In this document: piece by piece, positions 30,321 through 40,498 of the stretch
Position numbering within the stretch: position 1 is the first letter of the stretch
Layout: each line of letters starts with the position of its first letter
Source: Timaviella obliquedivisa GSE-PSE-MK23-08B
GTDB lineage: Bacteria > Cyanobacteriota > Cyanobacteriia > Elainellales > Elainellaceae
Direction of reading: 5' to 3'
DNA length: 64,000 nt
Assembly: GCA_019358855.1 (NCBI GenBank)
Contig: JAHHII010000002.1
Span: 124,690-188,689 of the forward strand
Notes under the pieces: generated by a model
Databases searched by the model: none
What the model saw: only the letters and a program-made list of their open reading frames with translations
Told to the model about the DNA's origin: nothing
Made by a program: the position numbers and the translations under genes

Positions 30321-30926
30321 ATGCATCATTCAACCTCTGTTCCCCTGGCTATCACTGCTGACTTGCCCACACTGCGCCAGCATTTGCTGGATTTGTTTTG
30401 CGAAGTCGCTTATCAAGAAGGCGATTTTGTTTTGTCTTCGGGGCAACCCAGCACATACTACATCAACAGCAAGCAAGTGACTCTGCATTCCTGGGGTGGG
30501 GCGGGCGTAGGACGGATTTTATTATCTTTATTGCCAGTCGATACAACCGCCGTCGCAGGGCTAACGTTAGGAGCCGATCCCATGGTGACAGCAGCTAGCG
30601 TTGTTGCAGCCTATGAGGGGCGATCGCTCACGCCGCTGATTGTTCGTAAAGAAGCAAAAGGGCACGGCACGCAAGCATATATTGAGGGTCCAACGCTGCC
30701 CCCCAAAACGAATGTTGCAGTTTTAGAAGACGTAGTGACCACAGGGCAATCTGCTCTAAAGGCGGTGGAAAGGCTCCGGCAAGCAGGCTATGAAGTCACT
30801 CAGATTCTTGCACTGGTCGATCGCCACCAAGGAGGCGCAGAGCTTTATCACCAGGAAGGACTAGCTTTTCAAACCGTTTTCTCAATTAAAGATTTGCAAA
30901 TCCGCTGGGCAGAGTTGCATCCGTAG
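30321..30926 (+). CDS. pyrE: orotate phosphoribosyltransferase
   Basis: GDFVLSSGQPSTYYIN and the PRPP-binding loop VAVLEDVVTTGQS are present. Confidence 0.9.
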   Translation: MHHSTSVPLAITADLPTLRQHLLDLFCEVAYQEGDFVLSSGQPSTYYINSKQVTLHSWGGAGVGRILLSLLPVDTTAVAGLTLGADPMVTAASVVAAYEGRSLTPLIVRKEAKGHGTQAYIEGPTLPPKTNVAVLEDVVTTGQSALKAVERLRQAGYEVTQILALVDRHQGGAELYHQEGLAFQTVFSIKDLQIRWAELHP

Positions 30927-30958
30927 CCAAATTTCTGTAGCCAAATTATCGGGCTAGA

Positions 30959-31870
30959 TCACAACAACGACTCAATCATCTGGTTGGCTTGAGATTCATA
31001 GCTGCCACCAAAAAGGTTGAAGTGATTGAGGACATGGTAAAGATTGTAGAGAATTCGCCGCTGCGGATAGCCCGCCAGGAGAGGAAAGGCTTCATTGTAG
31101 GCGCTGTAGAAGTTGGCAGGAAAACTGCCAAAAAGCTGGGTCATAGCAATATCAACCTCGCGATCGCCAAAATAAGCCGCCGGGTCAAAAATTACGGCTT
31201 CTCCCTGCCGAGTCACAGCAGCATTACCCGACCATAAATCACCATGCACTAATGAAGGCTGGGGTTCATGCCCAGCCAAAATTTCGGGCAGTGCCGCTAG
31301 CAACTTTTCCGCCTGCGGAAACCGTCCCCCTTTGCGGCGAGACAGGTGGAACTGATAGCCCAAACGATGCTCAGTAAAAAACTCTAGCCAGCTTGTCTTC
31401 CACGAATTAATCTGTGGCGTGGAACCAATAGTGTTGGACTGCTCCCAGCCAAAGCCTTGAGAATGAGTCACCCGATGTAAGGCTGCCAAATTTTGCCCCA
31501 TTTCCTCCCAGGCTTGATGATCGCCATAACCCAGGTCAAGCCATTCCAACACAATGTAAGCAGTCCCATCAACAGTGCCCCAGCAAATGGGATGTGGCAC
31601 GCGAATCGATTTCGCAGCTGCTATTTGGCTCAGGGCTAATGCCTCGGCTTCAAACATAGCAACGCGGCTTGCCTGATTAATCTTGACGAAATAAGCCAAA
31701 GTAGAAGCATCTGAGCGATCGCGGTTCGGAGCAGAGTCAGACAGTGCATAAGCCTGGTTGATGCTGCCGCCACCCACGGGGCGACGATGGTTGCCTTGAA
31801 AGTTTTGCCCAGTGACCTGCCGAATATTGGCTGTAATTTGATCCCACATTTCAGCTTCAAACCTTCTCAA
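30959..31870 (-). CDS. fructosamine/ketosamine kinase-family protein
   Basis: GGGSINQAYAL, LVHGDLWSGNAA and FDPAAYFGDREVDIAMT match the family. Confidence 0.87.
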   Translation of the reverse strand: MRRFEAEMWDQITANIRQVTGQNFQGNHRRPVGGGSINQAYALSDSAPNRDRSDASTLAYFVKINQASRVAMFEAEALALSQIAAAKSIRVPHPICWGTVDGTAYIVLEWLDLGYGDHQAWEEMGQNLAALHRVTHSQGFGWEQSNTIGSTPQINSWKTSWLEFFTEHRLGYQFHLSRRKGGRFPQAEKLLAALPEILAGHEPQPSLVHGDLWSGNAAVTRQGEAVIFDPAAYFGDREVDIAMTQLFGSFPANFYSAYNEAFPLLAGYPQRRILYNLYHVLNHFNLFGGSYESQANQMIESLL

Positions 31871-31904
31871 CTCAAAGTTTTAGAACTAGGTCAAGACTTG
31901 GGCA

Positions 31905-33200
31905 CTAAGGCTTCATGATGACAACCCGATAAGCTTCTGACGAAAGATACTGCTGAACGGCTGCTTGAACATCTTCGGCAGTAACCGACTGGATTAATGC
32001 CGGATAGTTAAAAGCAGGCACCAAGTCGCCCATAATGGCTTGGTAGTAGCCATACAGCCCCGCCCGATCGCTCGGCGTTTCGTTACCAAACACAAAGCGG
32101 TTGGCAACTAAAGTCCCTACCCGATGAATTTCGTTGGCGGTTACTAGCTCGGTCTGCAAAGTCCGCATCTGTTGGGCGATCGCAGCTTCTACCGCCGCCA
32201 GGTTTTCTGTAGGCAACTGGGCAGAAATATAAAATAAGCCTTGGCTAATGTAAGTCATATTGCTGACCGAAACGCTAGTTACTAAGCGCCGCTCTTCCCG
32301 TAAATCCTTAATCAAGCGTGCGGTTCTTCCCCTTGCCAAAACAGAAGACAGAACGTCCAGCGCGTAGGTTTGAGGCAGATCGGTCATCCCAGGAACGCGC
32401 CACATCATGACCAAGCGCGCTTGCTGCAAAGTTGGGTCAGTATATTCGTCGCGAGTAATAGTTGTGAAAGGCGCTTCGGGGCTAGAGTCAGGAACTTCAG
32501 GAATGTAAGCTGCTATCTTCTTAGGCTGGGGGGCTTGAGAGGCAGAAAAGCTTTCAGCCACAATATCAATGAGCTGATTCACTGGCAAGTTGCCCACAGC
32601 AACCGCAGTCATAGATTGAGGACGATACCAAGTTGCGTGAAAATCTCTCATTTGCTGAGGCTTAAGATTTTCTACGACTGCTGCTGGACCTAAAACGGGG
32701 CGACGGTAAGGCAAGCGTTCAAACCCAGCTTCCATAGAACGGTAAAAGGTACGCCGCCGAGGATTATCTTCAGACCGCCGAATTTCTTCTAATACAACCA
32801 AGCGTTCCCGCTCGAAGGCTTCATCTGGAATGGCAGCATTAAGCAGAACTTCGATTTGATAGGGCGCTAAGGCTGCAAAATCTTGCGGCGCTGTAGTGAT
32901 GTAGTAGTGCGTATAATCCTGGCTGGTAGCGGCGTTTGTGACTGCTCCGCGCTGCTCGATGATCCGCTCAAACTCACCACTCTGCAAGCGATCGGTGCCC
33001 TTAAAAATCATGTGCTCTAAAAAGTGAGCCATCCCATTAATATCATCAGACTCAACCGCCGAACCCACTCCTAGCCAGATATTGAGATTCACAGCATCGA
33101 CGGGCACTTGTTCAGCCACAATGGTAAGACCGTTGGGCAAGCGATGGATCGTAGGAGCGTTAAGGGAAGGAGAAGTAGATTCGAGCAGGGTTAAAGTCAT
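31905..33200 (-). CDS. M16-family (pitrilysin/insulinase) zinc peptidase
   Basis: The inverted zinc motif GMAHFLEHMIFKGT (HxxEH) is present and the length fits two M16 domains. Confidence 0.9.
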   Translation of the reverse strand: MTLTLLESTSPSLNAPTIHRLPNGLTIVAEQVPVDAVNLNIWLGVGSAVESDDINGMAHFLEHMIFKGTDRLQSGEFERIIEQRGAVTNAATSQDYTHYYITTAPQDFAALAPYQIEVLLNAAIPDEAFERERLVVLEEIRRSEDNPRRRTFYRSMEAGFERLPYRRPVLGPAAVVENLKPQQMRDFHATWYRPQSMTAVAVGNLPVNQLIDIVAESFSASQAPQPKKIAAYIPEVPDSSPEAPFTTITRDEYTDPTLQQARLVMMWRVPGMTDLPQTYALDVLSSVLARGRTARLIKDLREERRLVTSVSVSNMTYISQGLFYISAQLPTENLAAVEAAIAQQMRTLQTELVTANEIHRVGTLVANRFVFGNETPSDRAGLYGYYQAIMGDLVPAFNYPALIQSVTAEDVQAAVQQYLSSEAYRVVIMKP

Positions 33201-33398
33201 TATTTATCTATGGTTATGGTTCGACCAGCGGTATCTTTATTTATCTTAATCGTTGAAGTGAAAACAGAGGAAGCACAGTTGCCAACCTTATAAACAGTTC
33301 GAGAAGTGTCTACTCAAAATCGAGTAGGGTTCTGTCCTTTAGTAACCTTTTTTAGCGAGGGTCTAAAGGATGATTTAGGGATTGGTGTGGGGTACGGA

Positions 33399-35093
33399 AT
33401 GACAAATTTAATTATGTCTCTTTTGGCAGGCCTTACCGGACAAGTCAGAATGAGTTTTGTTCGCAAGACGCGCCAGGTAGAGGCAGTTCAGGAGAAGTTT
33501 TTGTTGACGCTTTTGAAGGCGCATCAACATACGGCGCTGGGGCAAGAATATGGATTGGCAGAAATTAAAACGGTGGAGCAATTTCGTCAACGTGTCCCAA
33601 TTGTGCCTTATAGCAGCTATGAGCCTTACATTGAGCGGATTGTGCAGGGGGAAGCGAATGTTCTGACTCCTGACCCAGTTATTTACTTGAACCTAACCAG
33701 TGGCTCGACGGGTAAGCAAAAGCTGATTCCGGTCACGAAGCGATCGCGCCGTTCACTAGGGCTAGCCAATCAAGCCAGTATTGGCTTTGTCATGGAAGCG
33801 TTACGACACAGAAATTTACCGATCGGCAAGATGCTGTTAACTAGTTCTGTGCAGTTACTAGGACGAACCAAATCAGGCATTGAGTACGGCCCAGTCAGTG
33901 TGGGTAGTTTGCGCATGAGTAGCGGGTTTCAGCGCCAGGTGTTTGCCCACCCCTATGAAGCGTTCTTGCCGGCAGACAGTTTAACTCGGCACTATGTCTG
34001 TCTTTTATTTTCTCTGCGAAATCGTCAGATGGGGGTGATTGGTGCAAATTTTCCTATTTTGGCATTGCGCCTATGTGACTACTTAGAGAGTAATGCCGAA
34101 GATCTGATCCACGACTTAGAAACCGGGACGATCGCCCCTTGGCTAAAACTTGAGCCTCAGCTTCGCATCAGGCTAGAACGGCTGTGGTCGGCGGCTCCCC
34201 GTCGAGCAGCAGAACTGCGGCAAATCCTCAAAACCGAGGGACGCTTAATGCCCAAAACGGTTTGGAAAAATCTCTCCCTTGTGATTACGGCAAGAGGAGG
34301 TACCTCCGACTTTTACTTTGAGCGCTTTCCAGAATATTTTGGTGATACCCCTATTTTTGGCGGAATCTATGCTTCAGCCGAAGCCACATTTGGCGTTTAC
34401 CATGATTTGAACCAGGATGGAGCGATATTGGCGATCGAAAGTGGCTTCTTTGAGTTCATTGCCGAAGACCAATGGACAGTAGATCAGCCTCAAACGCTAC
34501 TGCCTCACCAACTAATACCTGGCAAACACTATCGTGCCTTAGTGACTAACTACAACGGGCTGTATCGTTACGATATTGGCGATGTGGTAGAGGTCGTCGG
34601 TTTTTATGAGCAGACACCGCTGATTGTGTTTCGTCATCGGGTTGGGGGCTTACTCTCTTCAACGACCGAAAAAACGACCGAATTTCATGTCACTCAGGTG
34701 ATGCAGCAATTACAACAAGACTTTAATTTACCGCTAGAAAATTTTTGTGTGACTCTCTCTGAACGAGAAGTTCCTGCCCATTATTGGGTCAATATCGAAC
34801 TCATCCCAGGGCATCACTTGCAAGACCCCACAGCATTCTTAACCCAGTTCGATCGCCAGTTAAAAGCCATTCATACTTCCTACGAAGTTAAACGTCGTGA
34901 CCAGGTACCCCCACCGCGTCTACGAATTTTTGCTCCAGGCAGTTTTGCCATGATTCGGCAGCAAATGATTCAACGTGGTATTCCCGAGTCTCAGCTTAAG
35001 TTTCCGCATATTAGCGAGGATCGGCAGCTTTTGGCAGGACTCAGGGTTGAGCAAGAAATTAGAATGGAAGAAGAGATGGTCATGGAACGTTAG
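33399..35093 (+). CDS. GH3-family acyl-acid amido synthetase-like protein, paralogue 1
   Basis: YSSYEPYIERIVQGEANVLTPDPVIYLNLTSGSTGKQKLIPVT and YRYDIGDVVEVVGFYEQTPLIVFRHR match GH3. The start is taken at the ATG at 33399. Confidence 0.85.
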   Translation: MTNLIMSLLAGLTGQVRMSFVRKTRQVEAVQEKFLLTLLKAHQHTALGQEYGLAEIKTVEQFRQRVPIVPYSSYEPYIERIVQGEANVLTPDPVIYLNLTSGSTGKQKLIPVTKRSRRSLGLANQASIGFVMEALRHRNLPIGKMLLTSSVQLLGRTKSGIEYGPVSVGSLRMSSGFQRQVFAHPYEAFLPADSLTRHYVCLLFSLRNRQMGVIGANFPILALRLCDYLESNAEDLIHDLETGTIAPWLKLEPQLRIRLERLWSAAPRRAAELRQILKTEGRLMPKTVWKNLSLVITARGGTSDFYFERFPEYFGDTPIFGGIYASAEATFGVYHDLNQDGAILAIESGFFEFIAEDQWTVDQPQTLLPHQLIPGKHYRALVTNYNGLYRYDIGDVVEVVGFYEQTPLIVFRHRVGGLLSSTTEKTTEFHVTQVMQQLQQDFNLPLENFCVTLSEREVPAHYWVNIELIPGHHLQDPTAFLTQFDRQLKAIHTSYEVKRRDQVPPPRLRIFAPGSFAMIRQQMIQRGIPESQLKFPHISEDRQLLAGLRVEQEIRMEEEMVMER

Positions 35094-35186
35094 CAAGGTT
35101 GACCACTTTACAAAGTGTCTGAGCGCCAGGATGAGAAGGGAACTGAATCACCCATAATCCTGGGTGCTGAAAAGAAAAGAATATCA

Positions 35187-36878
35187 ATGGCGAATTTATT
35201 GATTTCTCTGATTGCTGCCTATGCGGCACAAGCTAAGGCGCGGTTTGTCAAAAAAACTCTGCACGTAGAAGCTGTTCAAGAACATTTTCTGCAAGGGCTT
35301 TTACAAGCGCATCAGGCGACGGCATTAGGGAATCAGTGGCAATTAAAAGAAATTAGAACGGTCGAGCAGTTCCGCGATCGCATCCCCGTTTTGCCCTACA
35401 GCAGCTATGAACCGTATACCGACCGCATTGCCCAAGGCGAAGCCAATGTTCTCACCGCCGATCGAGTGAACTATATTAATCTCACTAGCGGCTCTACAGG
35501 CAAGAAAAAGCAAGTTCCCGTAACTCAGCAGTTTCAGCGCACCCTGCGGCGGGCAGATATAGCAGCCATGGGATTTATGTTTGAAGGATTGCAGCGTCGC
35601 CAACTGAAGTTGGGCAAATCTCTTTTAACAAACTCCATTATTTCGCAAGGGCACACGAGTGGCGGCATTGAGTACGGTCCAGTCAGCGTAGGTAGCCTTC
35701 GCCAGGGCAGGTTACTGTTTGAAAAGTTTTTGGCACCGCCCTATGCTGCCCTGAAAATTGCTGACACCCTAGCGCGGCACTATGTGTGTTTGCTATTTGC
35801 TCTACGCGATCCTCAAATGCGGGGCATTACTGCAAATTTTCCAATGTTGCTCCTGCGAACCTGTTGCTATCTAGAACAGTATGCAGAAGCATTGCTTGAA
35901 GACTTGCGGCGCGGAACGATCGCTCCCTGGCTTCTCCTAGAACCTCAACTTCGGGCTCAGTTAGAGCGACATTGGACACCTGCGCCCCAGCGGGCAGCAG
36001 AACTTCGCGCTGTCTTACAAACCGAAGGCAAACTAACGCCCCAATTGGCATGGGCTGAACTGTCTTACACTGTCACGGCTAGAGGCGGCACGTCTAACTT
36101 CTACTTCGATCGGTTTCCAGAATATTTGGGCGACACTCCTAGCTTTGGCGGCGTTTATGGGTCAGCCGAAGCCACGTTTGGCATCTATCCAGATTTTGAC
36201 CAAGATGGCTCTATTTTGGCGATCGAGAGTGGCTTTTACGAATTTGTACCGCCCGATCAATGGCAAGTCGAGCATCCCCAAACGCTGCTGCCCTGCGAAG
36301 TTAAGATTGGACAGCGCTACCGAATTTTACTCACCAGCTACAGCGGCTTTTATCGGTATAACATTGGTGATGTGGTTGAGGTTGTGGGGTTCTTTGAGCA
36401 AGCTCCCTTGATTGTTTTTCGCCATCGTCAGGGAGGATTATTGTCTTCAACCACCGAAAAGACCACAGAGTTTCATGCGACGCAAGCCATGCAAGCACTC
36501 CAGCAAGAATTTAACGTGAGGTTGGAAGATTTTTGCATTACGTTGTCTGAGGCTGAATGTCCAGCGCGGTACATAGTCAACGTGGAACTGGCATTCGGAC
36601 AAACCTTAGATCATCCTGCTAAATTTTTGGAGCGGTTTGAATATTGGATGGGCGAGTTCAATCATCTTTACACGATGGCGCGGCAAGGGCAGGTGCCTCC
36701 CGCCTCCCTCAGGATTTTGGCTCCCGGTAGTTTTGCCCGAGTGCGACAGCGACAGGTCGATCGCGGCATGTTTGATTCGCAGCTTAAGTTTCCGCACATC
36801 AGCGAAGACCGAGGCTTTTTAGCAGACTTTGGAGTATTGCAGGAAGTCGTCGGCGCAATGGACATTTCAGTGATTTGA
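35187..36878 (+). CDS. GH3-family acyl-acid amido synthetase-like protein, paralogue 2
   Basis: It is collinear with paralogue 1: YSSYEPYTDRIAQGEANVLTADRVNYINLTSGSTGKKKQVPVT and YRYNIGDVVEVVGFFEQAPLIVFRHR. The start is taken at the ATG at 35187. Confidence 0.85.
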   Translation: MANLLISLIAAYAAQAKARFVKKTLHVEAVQEHFLQGLLQAHQATALGNQWQLKEIRTVEQFRDRIPVLPYSSYEPYTDRIAQGEANVLTADRVNYINLTSGSTGKKKQVPVTQQFQRTLRRADIAAMGFMFEGLQRRQLKLGKSLLTNSIISQGHTSGGIEYGPVSVGSLRQGRLLFEKFLAPPYAALKIADTLARHYVCLLFALRDPQMRGITANFPMLLLRTCCYLEQYAEALLEDLRRGTIAPWLLLEPQLRAQLERHWTPAPQRAAELRAVLQTEGKLTPQLAWAELSYTVTARGGTSNFYFDRFPEYLGDTPSFGGVYGSAEATFGIYPDFDQDGSILAIESGFYEFVPPDQWQVEHPQTLLPCEVKIGQRYRILLTSYSGFYRYNIGDVVEVVGFFEQAPLIVFRHRQGGLLSSTTEKTTEFHATQAMQALQQEFNVRLEDFCITLSEAECPARYIVNVELAFGQTLDHPAKFLERFEYWMGEFNHLYTMARQGQVPPASLRILAPGSFARVRQRQVDRGMFDSQLKFPHISEDRGFLADFGVLQEVVGAMDISVI

Positions 36879-36939
36879 TCAACGGCTCGGCTCATTCCTG
36901 TTACCTATCCTAAAGACAAAAAACGAGAATGAGTTGTTT

Positions 36940-38370
36940 TTAAGATGGAACCTTTTGATTTTGGTAAAGAACTTTGAAGCGGGCTTGTTGAATTTTATGA
37001 TCGACAATGGGGGCAGGGTAGTTGCACCGATCGCGATCGCTCTGTGGAATCATGCCTGTTACCAGCATCTCCGTGTCCAGACTTCGTAATTCTGGCAACC
37101 ACTGCCGAATATATTCAGCCTCAGCATCAAACTTTTGAGCTTGGCTAGCCGGATTAAAAATTCGCAAAGGCTTTGGATCCATACCGCTAGAAGCACTCCA
37201 TTGCCAGCCGCCGTTATTAGCAGATAAGTCCCAATCCACTAGCTTTTGCATAAAGTATTTCTCACCTAGACGAAAATCTAAGATTAAATCTTTGGTCATA
37301 AAGCTAGCCACAATCATCCGACAACGATTGTGCATCCAGCCAATTTCATTCATTTGGCGCATAGCTGCATCCACAATTGGGTAGCCCGTCATACCATCGC
37401 ACCATGCTTGAAAATGGTCAGGATTTCCTTCCCAGGGAAACGTTTTGAGAGGCAACCGATAAGCGCCCTCTGCCAGTTCTGGGAAAAAGTACATGACGTG
37501 CTGATAGAACTCGCGCCAAGCCAATTCTTGATGCCAGATTTGAACATTGGCGCGAGTTTCGTCACTCCGAGCCTCTTCATAGATTGCCCTGGAAGTTGCC
37601 CAGACGGTGCGGATGCCGATGGTGCCAAACTTGAGGGCAGCACTGAGCCGTGATGTGCCAGCAATGGCAGGAAAGTCACGCTGTTCGCGGTACTCGTAAA
37701 TTGCGCGATCGCAAAATCTATCCAAGCATTCTTGTGCAGCTTGTGCACCCGGATGTAAGGGGAGTTCATTGTCCCATCCAAGCCCTAAATCATGGGCAGA
37801 AGGAAGGGCGATCGCGCCTACTGTTTTAGCGACCTGTTGTTCGGCATCACTTAACCCTTCAGCATTTTGCAACGATTCAACGGGTTGCGCTTTGGGTCGA
37901 GCTATCCAGTTCCGCCAAAAGGGCGTATAGACCGTGTAAGCCTGTCCTGTCCCCGTCATGACCTCTTTGGGCGCGTGCAGTAGCTGATCCCAATACGTCT
38001 CAACTTCAATGCCCGCCTCGCGCAGGGCAGCCGCAACCGTGCGATCGCGATCGCGTGAGTAAGGCTCTACATCTTTATTCCACACCACTGCCTTTGCACC
38101 TAGCGCTGTTGCTATTGCAGGCAAAACTTCAGTTGGCAACCCTTGAAAGATCAAAAGCTGAGTGCCTGCTTGCAAATAGTTCTCTTGCAGTTCACGTAGG
38201 CTGCCAATCAGATAAGTTGCTCTAGCAGGCGCAACATCTCGTTGCAAAATGCCGGGATCAAGACAAAAGACTCCAGCTACCTTAGAACTTCTGCTACGAG
38301 CAGAGTTTAGGGCGATGTTATCTGCAATACGCAGATCCCGACGATGCCAATGTAATATCAGGTCAGCCAT
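36940..38370 (-). CDS. phr: deoxyribodipyrimidine (CPD) photolyase
   Basis: LILHWHRRDLRIADNIAL at the N-terminus and the FAD-binding region GWMHNRCRMIVASF...DWDLSANNGGWQW are present. Confidence 0.93.
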   Translation of the reverse strand: MADLILHWHRRDLRIADNIALNSARSRSSKVAGVFCLDPGILQRDVAPARATYLIGSLRELQENYLQAGTQLLIFQGLPTEVLPAIATALGAKAVVWNKDVEPYSRDRDRTVAAALREAGIEVETYWDQLLHAPKEVMTGTGQAYTVYTPFWRNWIARPKAQPVESLQNAEGLSDAEQQVAKTVGAIALPSAHDLGLGWDNELPLHPGAQAAQECLDRFCDRAIYEYREQRDFPAIAGTSRLSAALKFGTIGIRTVWATSRAIYEEARSDETRANVQIWHQELAWREFYQHVMYFFPELAEGAYRLPLKTFPWEGNPDHFQAWCDGMTGYPIVDAAMRQMNEIGWMHNRCRMIVASFMTKDLILDFRLGEKYFMQKLVDWDLSANNGGWQWSASSGMDPKPLRIFNPASQAQKFDAEAEYIRQWLPELRSLDTEMLVTGMIPQSDRDRCNYPAPIVDHKIQQARFKVLYQNQKVPS

Positions 38371-39046
38371 AGGTTTAATCTACTCCAACAACCTCTCTGT
38401 CAGGATAGAAGGTTCTGAAGGTTCTTGCATATGAATGAACTGTAAAAATTCAAGATAGCCCTTGTGTTAGCAATTTTTAGCTAAAAAGGCTCAAAGAATT
38501 ACGACTAAAGCTACGACTGTAAGACACTTAAGAGAACAATACTACTAACGTATTTCGTTAATTGAGTATTGAGCGAATCGAGTTAGGCAGTGAACGCATT
38601 GAGCAACTTACTTAAGAACGATTTTCAACATAATTCCTATCTGTCGTACTCCTTAAGGCAGATAGTTCTTAACCTGTTGCGCGGAACACGCGCTGATCCT
38701 CTACATTAGAGCTCTATATTAGAAAATATTGGCTAGGGAATCTTAAGCGTATACGGTCCACCTTGATAAGAGCGTTCTCAGTATCTTTACGCAAAGCTCA
38801 CGATTGAAATCAGGTTTGACAAAGACTTAGTGAAGGTTCTAGCGCAGCAATTTCGGATTGTGTAATCTGATACTTAACGTGTTTTCAACGAAATTAAGTG
38901 ACGAGAGGCTACAGGCGGCGACTTTGACTTTTTTGGCAGGGATTGCGAGCCTGCATTTATGAATACTCTTTATCTTTTAAAGTTTTACCGAGTTCGACAG
39001 TTCAGCACCGCTCGGAGTTTACCCCTTAAGAAGGACGCACAAAATC

Positions 39047-40288
39047 ATGGTATTCATTCCTCCTAAAAACGTATCTCACAGTAACGGCAGAGTGTTGGGT
39101 TCCAACTTAGCAACGATGCCATTACCTCAGGTTTCTGGTGAAAGCCAATTGACTATTCCCTTCAATAAGGTTCTAACCAGCAATTTAGAGTTGGAATATA
39201 TCCGTGAAGCAATTACCAGTGGGCGAACTTCTGGGGATGGTCAATTCACTAAGTTGTGCAAAACTTGGTTAGAGCAGAAAACTAGCTGTGAAAGCGCACT
39301 GATTACTCACTCTTGCACTGCTGCTCTAGAGATGGCAGCGATCCTGGCAGATATTCAGCCCGGAGATGAGGTGATTATGCCCTCTTACACTTTCGTTTCG
39401 ACTGCCAATGCTTTTGTGTTGCGGGGTGCTGTTCCTGTCTTCGTCGATATTCGTCCAGATACTTTCAATATAGATGAGTCGAAAATTGCAGCCGCGATTA
39501 CCGCAAAGACCAAAGCGATCGCCCCAGTTCACTATGCTGGGGTGAGTTGTGAGATGGATACTATTAAAGCGATCGCCGATGCTCACAATCTCCTAATTAT
39601 CGAAGACGCAGCCCAAGCCATTTCCACCCAGTACAAAGGCAAGCCTGTAGGCAGCATGGGTCACATGTCTGCCCTCAGTTTCCACGAAACGAAAAACATT
39701 GTTTCTGGCGAGGGCGGCGCGCTGTTGATTAATGATCCTCGGCTTTTAGAACGAGCCGAAGTCATCCGTGAAAAAGGCACTAATCGCAGCAAATTTTTCC
39801 GGGGTGAAGTCGATAAGTACACCTGGGTTGATGTAGGTTCATCTTACCTACCCAGCGATATCATTGCAGCATTTCTGTGGGCGCAGTTGGAGCAATCTGA
39901 CTACATCTTGCAGCGTCGCATCGAAGTCTGGAACTATTACCACGAAAAGTTTATAGACTTAGAAGCACTAGGACTCGTTCGCCGTCCGAGGGTTCCAGAT
40001 CATTGCCAACATAACGGTCACATCTATTCCTTGTTGGTCAAAGACCTTGCAACACGCACTGCCCTGATGTCTGACCTCAAGAGCAAAGGCATTCAATCGA
40101 CCTTCCACTATGTGCCGCTTCATAGTTCTCCAGCAGGACTGAAGTACGGTCGCGCAGTAGACAACTTAGACGTGACAAATCGGATCAGCGAATGCTTGGT
40201 CAGGTTGCCCTTAGGTTCGGGAATGACTCACTTAGAAGCAGAGTATGTCAGCAATGCAGTGATTGAATTCATGACTCAGACTCGGTAG
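39047..40288 (+). CDS. dTDP-4-amino-4,6-dideoxy-sugar aminotransferase (WecE/DegT family)
   Basis: It is collinear with E. coli WecE as I recall it: IPFNKV..., GDEVIMPSYTFVSTANAFVLRGA, SFHETKN (PLP Lys), REKGTNRS. The start could instead be the ATG at 39116. Confidence 0.88.
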   Translation: MVFIPPKNVSHSNGRVLGSNLATMPLPQVSGESQLTIPFNKVLTSNLELEYIREAITSGRTSGDGQFTKLCKTWLEQKTSCESALITHSCTAALEMAAILADIQPGDEVIMPSYTFVSTANAFVLRGAVPVFVDIRPDTFNIDESKIAAAITAKTKAIAPVHYAGVSCEMDTIKAIADAHNLLIIEDAAQAISTQYKGKPVGSMGHMSALSFHETKNIVSGEGGALLINDPRLLERAEVIREKGTNRSKFFRGEVDKYTWVDVGSSYLPSDIIAAFLWAQLEQSDYILQRRIEVWNYYHEKFIDLEALGLVRRPRVPDHCQHNGHIYSLLVKDLATRTALMSDLKSKGIQSTFHYVPLHSSPAGLKYGRAVDNLDVTNRISECLVRLPLGSGMTHLEAEYVSNAVIEFMTQTR

Positions 40289-40380
40289 AATCGACTTAGG
40301 ATTTTTCCGGTCATTGTTTTTAGTTGTTTGCTTTTTGCTCACTGGCTTTTGACTGATTTTAAGTCAGTATTCTGTGGCGG

Positions 40381-40437
40381 CAAAGCCTGTGGATGAAGAT
40401 TTTGGGACTAAGACCCAGATCTAAGACACAGGCTTTG
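40381..40437. terminator. hairpin between convergent genes
   Basis: CAAAGCCTGTG (40381-40391) pairs with CACAGGCTTTG (40427-40437). The hairpin is followed by TTATTT. Confidence 0.4.
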
Positions 40438-40498
40438 TTATTTGCATTATTTTGCTCAAACGTTAGAGGTTAGAGAGTATCGATTGATTTGGCGATCG

